The notes below the pieces were generated by a model, which had not been told where the DNA came from, did no database searches, and saw only the letters and a list, made by a program, of their open reading frames with translations. A DNA stretch of 56,402 nucleotides, counting the filler, from Sphacelaria rigidula (lineage: Eukaryota), in the NCBI GenBank assembly GCA_964200075.2. It is 5 parts of 5 records of this genome, joined end to end, with 100 filler letters (N's around TTAATTAATTAA, not from the genome) between each part and the next. Parts side by side here need not be neighbours in the genome. Positions count along the whole stretch, not along the records: positions 45,204 to 56,402 come from CAXNAA020005249.1; 4 more parts are not named here. One strand, 5' to 3'. Both the position numbers and the translations under genes were made by a program. This document shows, one piece after another, positions 53,140-56,402 of this stretch; within the stretch, counting starts at the first letter, position 1, and each line of letters opens with the position of its first letter.

Positions 53140-56100
53140 GGGCGACATTGGGGGGGTGTACTCAAGATCATGCATGCCATAGTCATAAGACCATTGAACT
53201 CGCATTGAGGAGGAGGGGGGGGAGGGGGGATGTATTCACCCGTTTGCATTACAGAGGCTATCCTCATGCGAACGCTTAGGGGGGCAAAGGAGGGATGGGG
53301 GGGGGGAAGAACCATTAGCTTGCTTCTCGTACAAACCGTGCTGATGCGACTTCATCCACCTCTTCGAGGCGGCGATTTGGAAAATCGTTTGTTTCACTGT
53401 CTCCCGTGCCTACCTAATTACCCTATTTTTCTGCGGTGAGTAAGAGGTATCGCGAACTTGCGCTGGGAGGGAGGGTATGCCCCCGAGTGCTGGCTTGACC
53501 ATGTTTGCTTGTTTGGCGGGTCGATTCACACCTACGGGGACCCCGGAAGTCCGGCAGGAAGGGTGGGGGGAGGGTGAATTCTGGTGATTTTATGGTCTGG
53601 AATATAGATGGCATTTGGTGCCGAGTGCATGGTAGGGTGTGTCATCAAATCATATCATCCCGGGTGAAGTTGGGGTGGGGAAAGGCGAGCGGGGATATTG
53701 GGGGTACTGCAGCTGATTGAGCTTTTGGGATTTAGTCGCTGAGCGTGGCTCGTGGCGTGTCAGGTCAATATTGAGACGATTAATGGTGGGGGGCCTTTGT
53801 GTAGCATAGCACACAGCGTTCGGTATGCTGAGGAATTGGACGGGAAAAATGATCGGAGAGTGAGGTCACGAAACCGGTCTCATCGGGTGAAATTGCTCGT
53901 GTCCCAAGACGTGGCGTGGCGTACGGACGGCGGTTAGGTTTTTGAAGGCGGGGCGTCGATTGGATGGGCGAGCTCAAGAGGGGGCTGACAAAAATGTTGC
54001 CATTCTTCTTTTTGCTGTCTCTCGTGTTCTTTTGATATTCCGGTGTGGCAGCGATATACAAGGGAGTCTCGGAGTTTGGCTCCTCGAAAAGACGACTTAC
54101 ACACGCGCGTGTGTGTAAATATATATATAGGTGTATACCAAACGTACAGGAGGTGAGGATTTTCAACGCTTGAAATTTTGTGGTGGTGGCGGAAGACTAG
54201 TATTTCCGTTTCCGTTTCCGTTTCCGTTTATTTGTTTTGCGCTCGTGTCGCTTAAGTCCAGCCGAACTCTTTTCGTTGACGAAAATATATCTCACAAGAG
54301 TCTCGCCTGCGTACATCTATCTCACAGAGAGTCTCACCGGCATGATGAGGTGAGAGGCGTTGGCGTTGGTTTCGAAAATGAGGAGATGCACTGGGGTTGA
54401 GGATCGGGGGTCGATCCATAGGCGGGTATGCTGTCAGATTATTTTTGATTCATGGCATCTCTTGTATTGAGCGGTTGGGAACGTGATGGAGAATGACACT
54501 CGTTAGGTCGGGGGAGGGGGAGGGGATATGGTTGCTGGTTGTGGCTCTTTGGTCGTCTGATACGAGTCGTACGGGAAACTTGTGTTTTGTTTTGAAAAAA
54601 ATGTCATCTCTCACGCTGTACAGCCACCGCGTTATTAGTTAGAGAGGGAGAAAAGGGAGAAGGGGGGAGAGCGGAGTGGTTGGCCTGGTATCTCGTCGAG
54701 TATATTCTGAGGGATACAAATTACACAAAATAAAAAACACACATGCATGCTGCATCCATTCGTAGACGCTGCCTGGCTGAGGGGGGGGGGGAAGGAAAGG
54801 GTAAAGAGACGTCGATTATAGAAGACAAGAATGGATAGATATATCTTATGCTTTCGTGTCGCGATTGAACGGAATAACAAGGACACCGCACGCAGCATAT
54901 TTACATATATATATATACATACTTATACACATACTGCGTAGAGGAGAGAGGCAGCGAGAAAAGCAAGAGACTGGATGGAACATGGGACGGGAATCGAGCG
55001 AGGTAATTTTACCACTTTTGTTCGCATTGCTTTTTCGCCTTCCTTTGATTTTGTAGGTGGGCACCGTGGGTGATGCAGCAGAGCGGCGCCTGTGCCCCCC
55101 CCCCCCCCCCGCCACCCCCCGCACGCTATTCGGTGCGTGCGTTCTGCATGATATGGGCGAGAACGTTGTGCAACCAGCTAGCTATGTAAACTTCTTTGCT
55201 GGCGTGCTCGCTGTCTTATTTCTTTCCCCTTTCCCCCCCTGTGTGTCGCAAAATAAAGTCAAAGCACGCGAACACACACTCACACACGCACGCGCGCGCA
55301 CGCACATGCGCAATAGACGGCGAGAATCTAGTTTACGAGTACTTCCGAACCCATCGCGAGTAGATGGCCATCATTCTTGCTTCCTACACACCAAGGGCAA
55401 AACTAATTGGGCGGGTGGGGCATTTTAACCTTCTTGTTTTGTCCTGTTTCCCTCGCTTTGTCCCCACATGATCCGGTCGGTTCGATATTATATTGGCTGA
55501 TGTCATGATGCGTTATTGCCATAGTCTATTGTGCCCGCCGTTTTTTTTTTATTATCCTGGAGGATGGTGATTAATGGATGATTACAATATGGTCCATGGG
55601 TGACGATTGATGGTGGACGGTTATGTAGCTGGACTAGTTAGGGGTGCAGTTGGTGTGTAGAAGTCTTTCGTTTGCGCCTTGTCCTCTGTGCCTTACTGTG
55701 ACACAGGTAGAGTTGTTCGCTTTGATCGGTTGGGTTGAAGGGCGAATCATCAAGAAACAAAAAAAAAGAGTAGAAGTAAAATGTCGCGTCTCTCGCGGCG
55801 GGTACGATCACTACTTGGCGTCAAGACTTTTTTGACTTCCCGAGTTTTTGCTGCTGCAGTGGTGCGTGTGTATGTGTGTGTGTATAGTAGGTGTATGGGC
55901 ATTAGGGAAGTGATGGGGTGATGAGTCTGTGGCGCCCTCATATGAGTGACCGATCAGTGGATGTTGGGGAGTGCAGTGATGATGCAGGATTTTTCATGTT
56001 TTTGTTTATTTTTATTTTGAGTTCATGTTTTTTTTTGTTCGCCACATGTATTCTCCCGTGGATTTTTTGTTTTGTGAATGCTGCTACTATTAGGAATGAT

Positions 56101-56402
56101 GATAATAATGACACCCGCTCTTGCTGCGTATTTTGCAGGGTAGCTTTCCTCTCCATATTTTGAGTTTGCTGCCTGTACAGTACTATGGTAGCGAGAGGGA
56201 CTAAAATCGATGAGGGCAGAAATAATAGACGCCATGATATTTGTAATTTTGCGCTAAATTTTCATCATTATGAGGGTGATCAATGTATTTACACATGGAG
56301 ATTCAGGAAGAATGCCGAGGAGTCTTAATCCTTTTGGGACCGGGCCTCCAAAACGACCAATGCGGCTGGTCAGGAACGACGTGTCTGGCGTCTGCACGAA
56401 AC

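Noticed and set aside
53140-56402. Short ORFs downstream of the bHLH-PAS gene
   Set aside because: Low-complexity, microsatellite-rich sequence consistent with a long 3' UTR or intergenic DNA.

Overview
Eukaryotic, intron-rich DNA, most likely a brown alga or other stramenopile (inferred from the long GT-AG introns, an EsV-1-7-type Cys motif and a single-PAS bHLH protein). The window is not one locus. It is five contigs of 11202, 11201, 11200, 11200 and 11199 bp joined by 100-bp N44-TTAATTAATTAA-N44 linkers, i.e. a length-sorted concatenation. Contig 1 holds a 5'-incomplete 7-exon RDH12/WWOX-type short-chain dehydrogenase gene (minus strand) plus transposon debris. Contig 2 is mostly a large degenerate, intron-containing Academ-type (AcademX) DNA transposon ORF: transposase, XPG/PIN nuclease and C-terminal Cys-rich finger, with an inserted EsV-1-7-like motif. 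Contig 3 has a 43-bp hairpin-unit array, MITEs, SINEs and the first exons of a probable BAR-domain gene whose intron carries a 462-nt foldback (small-RNA precursor candidate). Contig 4 is repeats only: hAT- and Tc1-type MITEs and a long inverted repeat. Contig 5 has an apparently complete 4-exon bHLH-PAS transcription factor gene (~822 aa). All family assignments come from motif recognition by eye, not database searches.
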